A stretch of 38,747 nt of DNA from Vicugna vicugna (lineage: Eukaryota), in the NCBI GenBank assembly GCA_013265495.1, contig MU057930.1:780298-819044 (forward strand). The letters run 5' to 3'. Shown piece after piece: positions 11,839-22,147 of the stretch; positions within the stretch are counted from its first letter, which is position 1; every line of letters begins with the position of its first letter. The position numbers and the translations under genes were made by a program. The notes beneath the pieces were generated by a model. The model worked only from the letters and a program-made list of their open reading frames with translations, was not told the DNA's origin and searched no databases.

Positions 11839-12298
11839 AGGGAAGCCACTACTTCAGAAATATCGATGCAAAGTGCAAGCCATTCTCTTTGAACGAAAAG
11901 GAACTTGAAGCGTTTCCTGGGCCCCTGGGTGCACGTGTTCACGGCTGCCTCGCGGCCAGGCTGCCAAGTCTTGCTCTGATCGTCCGGTCTCAGGGGACTT
12001 TGTTGTAAACGCATCTCTAAAGCGCGCGATTGCTTTTCTGTGAAGGTCGTCTGCAGGGCAAATGCTGACATGCAAGGCAACACTTACAACTCCCGGCCTG
12101 GGCCCTTGCTCGCTTAGCCCACACGGATGTGACTTTATACGCTCATTCCATGCAGGTTGTCAAGTGTGTGAAAACAAGGCATCACAGGGCAGCCATTTCT
12201 AACCGTGCCAAGAACAGCTCTAAGGGTGAGCAAAGTATTAAAATACACATTTTTTTTTGGAAAGTGCATCAGTAGGGGATACTCAGTTCCCGAAACTC

Positions 12299-12919
12299 TG
12301 CTCGCTGAAATAAAAGACGTTTGGCGTGAGGGCGGGGACTTTTAGTTTTATTCAGAGACTTCCTGAGGACCACAGCTCGGGACGGTTCCGAGACACGGAC
12401 CCCAGGGTGCCGAGCTGGGGGAGGCCGGGGACGAGTGGCTTCGGCGCAGGGGGCGGGTGCAATGGAGCCCACATCTTGGGAGGACCCGCCCTCTGCCCCC
12501 GGATCACGCGGTGACACCCTGATGAACTGGGAGACCCAGTTGGCCCCAGAGCGAGAAGGTGCAGGGCTCGGGGCCTGGCGCTGGGGTGCGGGGTCCCTGC
12601 ACTAAAGCCGCTCACATTAACCCTAACTGACAGCACATGTGTCTTCTTTTTTTTCCCTACACAGGATAACTTGATTTTGATTGAGTGAAGCAAGATCAGG
12701 TGACGGTGTGCCATGCGCCCTGGCCCTGCGCCCCCCATGAAAACATCCCCCTTCCTTGGGGCCCCCGAGAGACTCGTGGGAGTCACGGCGGCTCCCGCGC
12801 AGCTGCGCTGTGGCAGCCGTCCTGGACACGGCGAGAGCTTCGGGCCCCCAGACAAAGGACGAAGGTAATTTGTTTTCTACAGAATTTTGTTTTCCTAAAG
12901 CCTCGTGTTCTGTTCCACT
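12299..12919 (-). mobile_element. Diverged ERV1 LTR related to the MER41-like family (copy F)
   Basis: 'gctgaaataaaa..agttttattcagagacttcctgaggaccacagctcggga' matches the R/U5 end of copies A and D. The remainder is GC-rich and the right boundary is tentative. Confidence 0.55.
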
Positions 12920-13197
12920 TTAAAGGGCGTTTCGGCAAATGATGTATGAAATGAGAAAAGGTTTTGAAACCCTGCCTGGTTTCACCTAAAGGGCATGCGT
13001 ACCTGGAGAATGAGTCTGAAATGATGTGGGGGAAAAATAGCTATTTTTCTTAAGAAAAAGAAAAAGAAAGAATGAAACGCTTATGCTTTGGATAAATTCA
13101 TGTCAAATGGCCAGATATTATGTGCTGGGTAGTGGGCGAGGTATTGCAGGGGTTCACTGGGAAATAATGTCTGGGTTTATTCTTAAGAAGTGTGTGG

Positions 13198-13830
13198 CGT
13201 CTGCAGCAATCCCGCTCCTGGGTTTATATCCAGAAGGAACCCTACTTCAGGATGACACCTGCACCCCAATGTTCACAGCAGCACTATTTACAATAGCCAA
13301 AACATGGAAACAGCCTAAATGTCCATCAGCAGATGACTGGATAAAGAAGATGTGGTGTATTTATACAATGGAATATTATTCAGCCATAAAAAATAACAAC
13401 ATAACGCCATCTGCAGCAACATGGATGCTCCTGTAGAATGTCATTCTGAGTGAAGTAAGCCAGAAAGAGAAAAAAAAGTACCATATGAGATCGCTCATAT
13501 GTGGAATCTAAAAGAAAAGAACATAAATGCAAAACAAACAGACTCACATACATAGAATACAAACTTGTGGTTGCCAAGGGGGCAGAGGGTGAGAAGGGAC
13601 AGACTGGGAGTTTGAAATTTGTAGACACTGACAGGCATATATATGCAGAATAGATAAACAAGATTATACTGTGTAGCACAGGGAAATATATACAAATCTT
13701 GTGGGACAGCAAAAAAAAATGTGACAATGAATACATGTATGTTCATGTATAACTGAAAAATTGTGCTGTACACTGGAATCTGACACAACATTGTAAAATG
13801 ACTATAACTGAATAAAATAAAATTAAAAAA
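13198..13830 (+). mobile_element. 5'-truncated young L1 (ORF2 C-terminus, 3' UTR, poly-A) with a 13-bp TSD
   Basis: It encodes AIPLLGLYP..TCTPMFTAALFTIAKTWKQPKCPS..DWIKKMWCIYTMEYYSAIK. The TSD AAGAAGTGTGTGG lies at 13185-13197 and 13831-13843, at a TT/AAGA endonuclease-type site. Confidence 0.97.
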
Positions 13831-14045
13831 AAGAAGTGTGTGGGATCTGGAGTCAGGCACACACAAAGTTATACAAAAACAGAGTATGGTGTCGTCTTGA
13901 AGAGCAAGAGAGCAAGATGAAGGGATACAGGAGGAGAATGTGTGATACAGTCAAGCAAGGGAGAGTGACTGTTGCAGCTTTTAAAGTGGATATTGCCCGA
14001 TATGAGACTTCTATGGCAATTTGGAGCGTGAATTCATCATTGAGA

Positions 14046-14260
14046 TGTACTGCATTGAATAGCGACCTCCCCCCGCCAAAAAAAAGTCCAAATCATAACT
14101 TCCAGAACCAGTGAAGTCAACCTTATTTGGACAAAGGGTCTCTGCAGATGGGGTGACCTGAAGGGTCTGAGAGGTGGTCCTCCTGGAGGAGGTGGCCCTG
14201 CATCCAAGGACAGTGACCTCAGAAGAGACAGAGGAGTAGAGACGCAGACACAGAGGAGCA
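14046..14260 (+). mobile_element. MaLR LTR 5' half (MLT1 family)
   Basis: 'tgtactgcattgaatag..ccttatttggacaaagggtctctgcagatg..gacacagaggag'. Confidence 0.8.
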
Positions 14261-14729
14261 GCTTGCTGCCAGGTCCTCTTCATCAGTTACCGGTCAAAAT
14301 AATGCATGATTCCAGGCGACTTTTTCCAGATCAACGGATGGCAGGCTGCAAGGTGTGAGGTGGGCACGTCCCACGTGAGATGCAGTGTGGGGAGGATGAG
14401 GGTGGCTGTGCGCTGGTTTTTTGGGATGAGTGGTAAAGCCAAAGAAGCTGCGTGTCCAAGGAGCGATCCCTCCTGGGAAACGTGTGGCTGTGAAGGTTGA
14501 CATTTTCCCGCAAGAGTCTGCTACTGGCCATAAAAACAAATGAACACTTTGGCGAAGGCTGTCCTTTCGGACCGATCCGGAGGAGTCAGCCAGCTAGAAT
14601 GGTCAGCGGCTTTGAGCAGCTCTGCTGGACACCCCTGTTGTGTTTCTGTGCTGAGAAAGGCATCTTTTTGTCGCTGCTATTTCTGTCCCTTGAACACAGC
14701 CTCAGCCTAACATGTGCCCTGATCCCAGG

Positions 14730-15114
14730 GTCTCAAGCCAGCAACCACGGCAGCTGCCCAGGCGGTGCCCTCGGAGGGGACTCCGGATGGAGAGACGCAG
14801 GACACTGGCCCTAAGGTTCACAGCAGAGGACTGATTTCCATGAGCCCAGACTCTTGGATCGTCCCATACTAAGAGAAGCACTAAATTTGTTAACTTGAGA
14901 TGCATGGTTTTTCTTTAAATTCCAGTCATCTCCTGATGTTCCGACTACCTGGGATTTTTTTGTTGTTGTTGCAAAAATGCATATATCCAGGCTCCTTCCC
15001 AGTCTCGTCAGTGCAGACAGGCTGCCTTTCAGGCTGATGTCCTCAGAAAGTCTGCCAAATAAAACAGAATTCTCTCCTTTTACGTTGCACTTTCTTTTTT
15101 TTAATCAGATGACA
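14730..15114 (+). mobile_element. MER41-like ERV1 solo LTR (copy C)
   Basis: It is colinear with copy B: 'gcaggacactggccct', 'tgagcccagactcttg', 'aacttgagatgc', 'tgatgttccgactacctgg', 'atatatccaggctcc', AATAAA and a terminal 'gaca'. Confidence 0.88.
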
Positions 15115-15356
15115 CGATTCAGCCAGGCATTCATCAGAAAGAAAGACAGGTGTCATTGTAAATCGACTATATTTGAATTAAAAATAAACAAATAAATACA
15201 TAAAAAGGATTTTGAAATTAAACAAAATACAAGTCTCAATATTTTGAGCGCGGGTTCACAATCTTTTCTGAAAACACGATTCTCCGTGTTCGCTGATCGT
15301 AAAAGCGACCGTCTGTTCCCTTTGTCAAAGGTGCTCTGAGGCGCAATGGCCACTTG

Positions 15357-15375
15357 CAGCCACTAGATGGCACCA
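15357..15375 (+). promoter_or_regulatory. CTCF-binding motif (forward)
   Basis: CAGCCACTAGATGGCACCA. The core CCACTAGATGGCAC (15360-15373) fits CCASYAGRKGGCRS at all 14 positions and lies in unique sequence. Confidence 0.7.
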
Positions 15376-15653
15376 AAGACCAGCATTTTTCTATTTCCCG
15401 CAGAAACATGAGTTTTGAACACGTTGCGCGTTTTCCTGAGAAAGTGTCAAGTGAGATTGAGCGGGTGAATTGGTGATGATTTGTAAAGGGAGCGGTGTGA
15501 GGGCTCCAGGTGGTCCACATCCGATGCATGCTACTGTCTGCTTTTTAAATTTTTATTTATTCTAGAGTGGCTGGGTGTTGCTGTCATTTTATTTTGTTGT
15601 TTAATTTAATTTAATTTTATTTTATTTGTGTGTGTGTGTGTTTTTAAGTCTCT

Positions 15654-15730
15654 CTTTTTTAAATTTATTGAGTTACAGTCAGTTTACAATGTTGTGTCCT
15701 TTTCTCGTGTCGAGCACGATTTTTCAGTCA
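15654..15730 (-). mobile_element. Short young L1 3' tail
   Basis: 'tttattgagttacagtcagtttacaatgttgtgtc..ttttcagtca' is the reverse complement of the tail type seen at about 13750-13830. Confidence 0.8.
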
Positions 15731-15920
15731 CTATTTTATTTTTTTTTTTCATCGACGTATGGTAGCCGTGGTCCACATCCAACGCTTATTATTGTCCGGT
15801 TTTTAAATTTCTATTCAATCTCCTGGTTGTGTGTTGGTATCTCCCTGTCATTTTATTCACTTATTAAAAAAATTTTTTTTTTACCAGAAACGGTCACATT
15901 GTAACTGACTGTATTTTAGT

Positions 15921-16095
15921 TTTTTTTTAATTGAAGGGTAGTTGCTGTCTGATGTTCTATAAGTGACAGGTGTCCCATATACGGATTTGGCATTTTTAAA
16001 CATTATACTCCACTTAGTGTTATTATAAACATTTTGCTATATGCCCCGTGCTGCACCCCAGGTCCTCAGCTTAGTTCGTACCTAACAGTGTGTAC
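15921..16095 (-). mobile_element. Artiodactyl-type L1 3' tail
   Basis: 'ttttaattgaagggtagttg..acaggtgt..ttatactccac..ttattataaacattttgctatatgccccgtgctg'. Confidence 0.75.
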
Positions 16096-16129
16096 AGCTC
16101 ACTGTCACTGCCATTGCTGCACTCCGGTC

Positions 16130-16574
16130 ACTCACGGTGCTGAGTATCTTTGGGTTACCTGCCTGTTGCCCCCATTTATAGATATTTTGTGCATGAAGTG
16201 TTTGCTCAGACACCCAGTCAACAGCCTATTGGATTGTCTGCCTTTTATAATTGAGTTGTTTACACGTTCTGGACGCACACTAAATACATCATCCTTGCGC
16301 CAACAGGATAAATGCTTTATGCAGAATTTTCTTCCACTGTGTGGCTTTTCCCCCATTTCTTCACCATGTCATTCACAGTGCAGGAGTTTTTAGTTTTGAT
16401 CAAGTCCAATTCATCAGGGTTTTTTTTTTTTTTTCTTTCTCTAACGTGGTTCACACTTTCTGTTTCCTAAGAAATCTTGGTGGACGCTGAATTCAGTAAG
16501 ACTTTTCTCCTGGGTTTTCTTCTAGAAGTTGATAGTTTTAGCGTTTGCATTTTAAGTCTGTGACGCATTTGGAG
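16130..16574 (-). mobile_element. Old L1M ORF2 3' region
   Basis: 'ttttagttttgatcaagtccaattcatc' and 'ttttctcctgggttttcttctagaagttgatagttttagcg..tttaagtctgtgacgcatttggag'. Confidence 0.8.
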
Positions 16575-17008
16575 CGTGGAAATAAATGAAGGTCACCTGG
16601 AGGACAGCGAGCCGAGCGTGTTGGCGGAGCGCTTGCCGGAACGGGGGCGTCGGCCACCAGCCGGCGAGGTCAACAGAGCCTCCGAGGCCGGCGGAGGGGT
16701 GGGGACCTTCACTGCAGTGCCCGGGCAGGATCAGCTGTGCCTGGTCCCAAGTCAGAAGCAGAAGCAGACCGCAGGGAAGCTGTGTGCTGTTGATGAAGTC
16801 CTGGCCATTTGGGGCTGATGGTTTGAGAAGTTCCTGGGCCTCCGGCATTGGGACCAGAGATGCCAGGGAGGTTTCCTGCAAGTCTGACTTACGGGAGGCG
16901 GGCCACTGTGCATCCTTGGGGTCTGGAGCTGGCGGCTGCAAGTCGTGGGTCACAGGTCTCTTTTTATAGCTGGCCCATCCTTAGCCTACTTCCATATTCA
17001 GCCTCTCA
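16575..17008 (-). mobile_element. ERV1 solo LTR (MER34/MER39-like)
   Basis: The reverse strand starts 'tgagaggctgaat' and contains 'atcagccccaaatggccaggacttcatcaacagcacacagcttccct..gcttctgacttgggacca', recalled as a MER34/39 signature. Confidence 0.65.
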
Positions 17009-17318
17009 GGAAAAGAGCGTCCTTTCGAGTCTGTGGCATGTTGTTACCCGCAGCCATCAGTCACTACGCACTTGGAGTTGAGGACGTCTTCTGACGCAAG
17101 TGGTCGAGACGTGTGGGGCGGCACCCAGGAAGCAGCAGCGACAGCTGGGGGTCTAACCGTGAGCCTGGGATGACCCACCCCCCGCAAACTGGGGGGGAGC
17201 TCGCTGACTTCTGCTTGGCTGGCGTTACCTGGTCAGCAGATCACGTGTAACTCCCAAAGCCTCCGTCCTCTGTGGCTCACCGGCGAGACCCACATCTCTT
17301 GCTGGAGAGATCAGCTGC

Positions 17319-17880
17319 TTTTTTTTTTGTTTTTCTGGTGAACTATAATTAATTTACAGTGTTTTGTTAGTTTCTGGTGTACAGCGAAGTCCTTCAGTTA
17401 TATGTGTATATATATATTCTTTTTTCTATTATTTTCCGATATAGTTTACTACAAGGTTTTGAATATAGTTCCCTGTGCTGTACAGTAGGACCTTGTTGCT
17501 TATCTATTTTGTATGCAGTAGCTTGTATCTGCTAATCCCAAATTCCTAATTGATCCCTCCATGCCCTCCTTACCCTTTGGTAACCGTAAGTGTGTTCTCT
17601 ATGTCTGTGAGTCTGTTTCTGTTTGGTAAATAAGTTCGTTTGTGTCATTTTTTAAGGTTCCACCTATAACTGACAAGATAATGTGTGTCTTTCTCTGTCT
17701 GACTTACTTCACTTACTGTGATTATCTCCGGGTCCATCCAGGTTGCTGCAAATGGCGTTATTTTATCCCTTTTCATGGCTGAGTAGTATTCCATTGTATA
17801 AATACACCACAACTTCTTTATCCAGTCATCTGTCCACGGACATCTAGGTTGCTTGCATGCCTTGGTGGCTGTAAATAGTT
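17319..17880 (-). mobile_element. L1 3' end (ORF2 C-terminus and 3' UTR)
   Basis: ORF 17645..17911 encodes LFTATKACKQPRCPWTDDWIKKLWCIYTMEYYSAMKRDKITPFAATWMDPEIITVSEVSQTEKD. Poly-T lies at the left end. Confidence 0.95.
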
Positions 17881-18256
17881 CAACTGTTGTCTTGATCTTG
17901 GAACAACTCAAAATGTGTAAAATGCAGCTGGCTCTCCTGTTGCAATTCCCAAAGCCACTTATGTTAACTGGGTGAACTGGGTAAGTGATTTGTCAAACGC
18001 AAATACGAGGACATTGCTGCCCTGAGACTGTCTGTCCTCGGCAAGCTGATAAACCCTGAAAATGTGCTGCAGGAACGTTGTTGCTACAGAGAAGATTCGA
18101 TGTGCAAAATGGCCGTGTCAGTTCCTCCTGTCTTACTCCTTCTGGTCTCTGACGCCGTGGGTCAAAAATGTATCTTGGAAATTATTTTTGAATTTCCTAA
18201 AGGCATTGTAGCCTTCCCCCTGTTGATTCTTTTCATTTGTATAGTTATTTTTCTTT

Positions 18257-18370
18257 GGGGTGGTGGGGGAGTTAATTAGCTTTTTATTTATTTTTTTAAC
18301 AGAGGTCCTGGGAATGGAAGCCCCAGGTTAGCAATGCTAAGCGTGCATCCTGAGCTGTACCCGCTCCCCC
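18257..18370 (-). mobile_element. tRNA-derived SINE (vic-1-like), diverged
   Basis: 'taattagctttttatttattttttt..agaggtcctgggaatggaagcccc..atgctaagcgtgca..tgagctgtacccgctcccc'. Confidence 0.8.
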
Positions 18371-19034
18371 ATCCCTCTGTTGAAAAATGACCCATAATAT
18401 TGCCAAAACCCCAAACAGTTCTGGAAAGGATGAAGATTTATTTCTGCTGAGATGGCCTTAATCAGGCATTAAATAAAAGCAGGGTCTAGGCTGTGAAAAC
18501 GTTTCCAGAAGGAAAGACATTCCAAATGTGGCGGAGCAGGGTCAGCGCCACTGAGGAGCTGGGCGGCGCCAATTTTACCTGGAAGGAGTCGGCGGACCTT
18601 CAATGCCTACGCTCACAGGTTTAATTAAACAAAACGCCCGTGTATTTTGGAGTTTTTCACCCCACCAGCGACTTGCACGCATTTCTCCAAACTCATAGTC
18701 TCTGATTCTCTCTGAGTCACACACGCAGGTCTTGACGTGGAGATTGAAAATAAATGCATTTCTGTGTCCTTCGCAGTCACCCAATGCTGTCAGATGAAAA
18801 ACGCAGCCCTTCAGTAAACCACGCTGGAAATTGGGATGCTGTCTTCGTTTCATTTCGTTTTTGCTTTAGGGATTTAGGAACCATTCTTTGCCCTCTCTGT
18901 GTTCATTGCTTGAATCCTGCTAAACGAATGATTTCCACTTTTTTTCTTTTGCATAAAGAAGTTGAAAATAGGTCTAAGCTAGGTAATATCTTGTCTGGCT
19001 TCCTGGAAATTCCTCAGCTTACGGAAGAGGTTTT

Positions 19035-19197
19035 GGACCTACTGCACAGCACAGGGAACTATAATCAACAACTTACAATGAAATACAATCTAAGAAAGAA
19101 CATATATGTATTTATTTATCTGAATCACTTGGCCGTAGACTTTGTGAAACTAACACAATCTTGCAAATTAACTATACTTCAGTTTAAAAAAAAAATA
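19035..19197 (+). mobile_element. Short L1 3' tail with an 11-bp TSD
   Basis: 'gacctactgcacagcacagggaactat..aactatacttcagtttaaaaaaaaaa'. The TSD GAAGAGGTTTT lies at 19024-19034 and 19198-19208. Confidence 0.92.
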
Positions 19198-20494
19198 GAA
19201 GAGGTTTTATTTTTAATTCCTTGCAAAACGCTCAGGTCCCAAGAACACAATCTCCTTTTAGAATTGGTAAGCTTCCTGTAACAGTGAAGTTACATCTAGA
19301 TGGGGTTGTAACACAGATGCGAGGGTTATACCCAGCTACCTGCAGAGAAGATGCCACAAGAGTTCAACACCGGGAAAAAATGTAGTAATATAATAATATT
19401 CTGCAGGCTTTATTTACCAAATGGAACAAACACTTTCATGGTGTAGAATAGTATAGCTCCATCATGTTTCTCTTTGAATGTAAAGAACTTTCAGAGAGAT
19501 GTAAATGGATACACTGAGAGACATAAATATATAAAAAGTAGACCCAATGTTCCCTTTGGGAAGAATCATTCTTTGCTTTAAAGCTGTTTGCACGCCTTAC
19601 AGGACCACGCATCGCAAAATTCAGTGTAGCATTGTCTTTGCATTGCACAATTCTTTCACTTCTTTCTCACTATACACACACACACATATATATTTATAAA
19701 ACCAGGCATGTAACTTTATATGGCAGTAATTAGAGTCTTTCTGACGAAGATTTACTCCAAGGAGCCAGCGGAGGTCCACCTCTGGCGTGAAATGAATCCC
19801 CAGCCCATCACTGAAGTGACCGGAGAACACGCTTTGAAATCTTGAGTTTCCACGCCCGATGATTTGCTATCGAAGGGAGAACGTTCAACCCTCTAAATCA
19901 TTTTCTGTGGCATTGGAAATTCACTCAGAGTTTCGTGGAAGTTATCAAGAGTTTCATGAAAACCCTTAACCCTTTAAGAGTTCATCTTTTGTCCTTCGTT
20001 GCGAGAGAGTGGAACGTCCTTGCGCCCACGTCTTCCTGGAAATTACCGCGGCCTCTGACTAGACGAAAGAGGGCTTTCTTGTTCCATCAACAGGAGAGCC
20101 TTCCCTTCCCCTGAGGCTCTGAAAGCAGAAGCGGGTTGCAAGGTCGGACTGATTCTCGGTGATGGATGCCTGTGTGCTTGGCAGTTGCAGTGCAGCCCGT
20201 GTCCCCTGAATGCTGGCGCTGCCGTAGCATCCATCGGCGAACGCTTCATGCCGAGAACAATGGCCGTGGGCTCCCTCTTCTGGGTCTTAAAAAATTGCAC
20301 GTGAGCAACAGTCAAAGAGGAAAAAAAAAGAATGGAGACACTTGCTTTCCCTGAGATGTAAATTTCATTACTTAGATGGTCAATGTCTTTTCAGAAGAAC
20401 CCAAGGATGGTGCTTTTAAGAAGCCAACAGAAGGGAAAGCAACCTCTTATGTGAAGGACCTAGAAGGTTGTTATGTTATCGCGGGGCTGCTGGG

Positions 20495-20533
20495 GTGTGT
20501 GTGTGTGGGTGTGTGTGTGTGTGTGTGTGTGTG
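20495..20533. repeat. Interrupted (GT)n microsatellite
   Basis: GT run with one GG interruption. Confidence 0.97.
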
Positions 20534-20876
20534 CAATGGATGCTGGTGGGAGCTGAGGCAGGGCGAGCTCCTAGGATGTTAAAATCATGAATGCAAATGT
20601 AGACCCAACCGTCCAGGGCTTCAGTTCTGATTGAGAACAAGCGCGTGGCGTCTGCAACCCACCCCAGCAGGCTGTTGAAGCATTTCAGCGTCAACGACGC
20701 GAGGGGCACTTCACCCAAGCCCGTCTTGCAGACGGGGAAACGAAATCAGGCGTGGTTCCAACCAGGCTCCTCTAAAATGTTAGATTAAATAAAGCTGTCC
20801 ACTCAATCTTTCTCACAATAAAGGTCTGCTCATGCTATGGGGGTAGTTTATGTAGTAAGAAAAACGGGAATGCAAA

Positions 20877-21393
20877 TGTGGATTGAAAAATCAAATACGC
20901 ACAGTGTGAACGCTGAGAACTACGCGTGACCCGGCGGACTTCCTGAGGACCGCAAGCCCAGGGCTCAGCTTCTCAGGGTGCTCCGAGGGACGGCTCCGAA
21001 GAGGTAGAGGGGGGCCCAGGACAGACAGAAGTCATTGCAACAAAGACCAGGTAGTCGGAACATCAAAAGATGACTGTTAAATCAACAAAACCAGGCATCT
21101 CAGGTTAAGGAATTTAGCGCTTTTCTATGTGTGGGAAGGTGCAAAAGTCTGGCCTCCGTGAAATCGTCCCTTCCATGTGCACCTCAGCTGTCCAGGACCA
21201 GTGTCCTCTTCTTTCCCGTCCTGAGTCCCCTCCGGGGGCACCTCTGGGGGTGGCTGCAGAGGCTGACAGTTTGATGGCAGGTGTCCTGTTTCCACCCTCA
21301 GCTCCCTCAGGGCTCACGGTCGGGAGGGAGGGCGGCTGCGCGGTGATGGCTTGATGGCTGCACGGATATGGTGGGCGGGGTTTTTCGTTCACA
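20877..21393 (-). mobile_element. MER41-like ERV1 solo LTR, full length (copy D)
   Basis: TG...CA ends ('tgtggattgaaaaa' / 'tttttcgttcaca'), colinear with copy A, and an internal 80-bp tandem duplication. Confidence 0.9.
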
Positions 21394-21537
21394 CCGAGAA
21401 AAGTCGTGTTCTGCATTTTCAAAGCCTGCAAACTGGACCCTCACTTGGTCATTCATCTTTCCTCACCATCGAGTCTTGGGTCCTTGTCACCACCCATCAC
21501 GTCAGGAACAAGTCCTCCATTTTCCTCTGGGTCTCAT

Positions 21538-21595
21538 TTCCTTCCTTCCTTCCTTCCTTCCTTCCTTCTTTTCTTTATTTCTTCTTTTTTTCTTA
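21538..21595. repeat. (TTCC)n / pyrimidine-rich tract
   Basis: About seven TTCC units followed by a T-rich stretch. Confidence 0.93.
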
Positions 21596-21609
21596 CTTAT
21601 TGGCCCACT

Positions 21610-22147
21610 TCCCTCCTCCCCCTTTCTTCAACCTCCAATCTGTTCTCTGTATCTGTGTTTAGTGTTTTTGTTTTTTTAAAATTTTTTAAGATTCCACATA
21701 TAAGGGAGATCTTCCAGTATTTGTCTTACTCTGTCTGACTTCTCTTACTTAACACAATGCCTATCCATGTTGTTGCAAATGGCATGATTTCCTTCTTTTC
21801 ATGGCTGAGTAATATTCCATATATACAATACGTATAATTTTTCCACATATATATTTCATGGTGGATGCACCAATTTACATTCCTACCAACAGTGCATATG
21901 CTTGTTACACAAACACTTATGTCTTTTCTTTTTGATAACAGCCATTCTAACACGACAGAGGTGACATTTCATTCTGAATTTGATTTGCATTTCCTTGATG
22001 ATGAATGACGTCGAGCAGCTTTTCACGTGCCTCTTGGCTGTTTGAACGTCTTGTTTGGAAAGATATCTGCTCAGATCCTCTGCCCATTACTTAATTGGAT
22101 ATTTTACTATTGAGTTGTATGTATACATCTTCAATATTAACCTGTTA
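21610..22147 (-). mobile_element. L1 3' region (L1MA/artiodactyl type), internally deleted
   Basis: 'agattccacatataagggagatc..ccatgttgttgcaaatggcatgatttccttc..ggctgagtaatattccat..ccaatttacattcctaccaacagtg..tgatttgcatttcc'. The minus strand encodes IMPFATTW. Confidence 0.9.

Noticed and set aside
12352..12855. 167-aa ORF on the minus strand
   Set aside because: It lies within a diverged GC-rich LTR-like sequence and has no gag, pol or env motifs.
18754..19281. 175-aa ORF on the plus strand
   Set aside because: It reads straight through an L1 3' UTR insertion with TSDs (19035-19197) and shows no protein homology.
5861..21393. Intact provirus between same-orientation LTR pairs (A/D or B/C), and STAT1 GAS motifs in these LTRs
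   Set aside because: The pairs are too divergent, and the intervening DNA is unrelated repeats and unique sequence with no PBS or retroviral ORFs. I saw no perfect TTCN3GAA in any copy, so an interferon-enhancer role is unsupported here.
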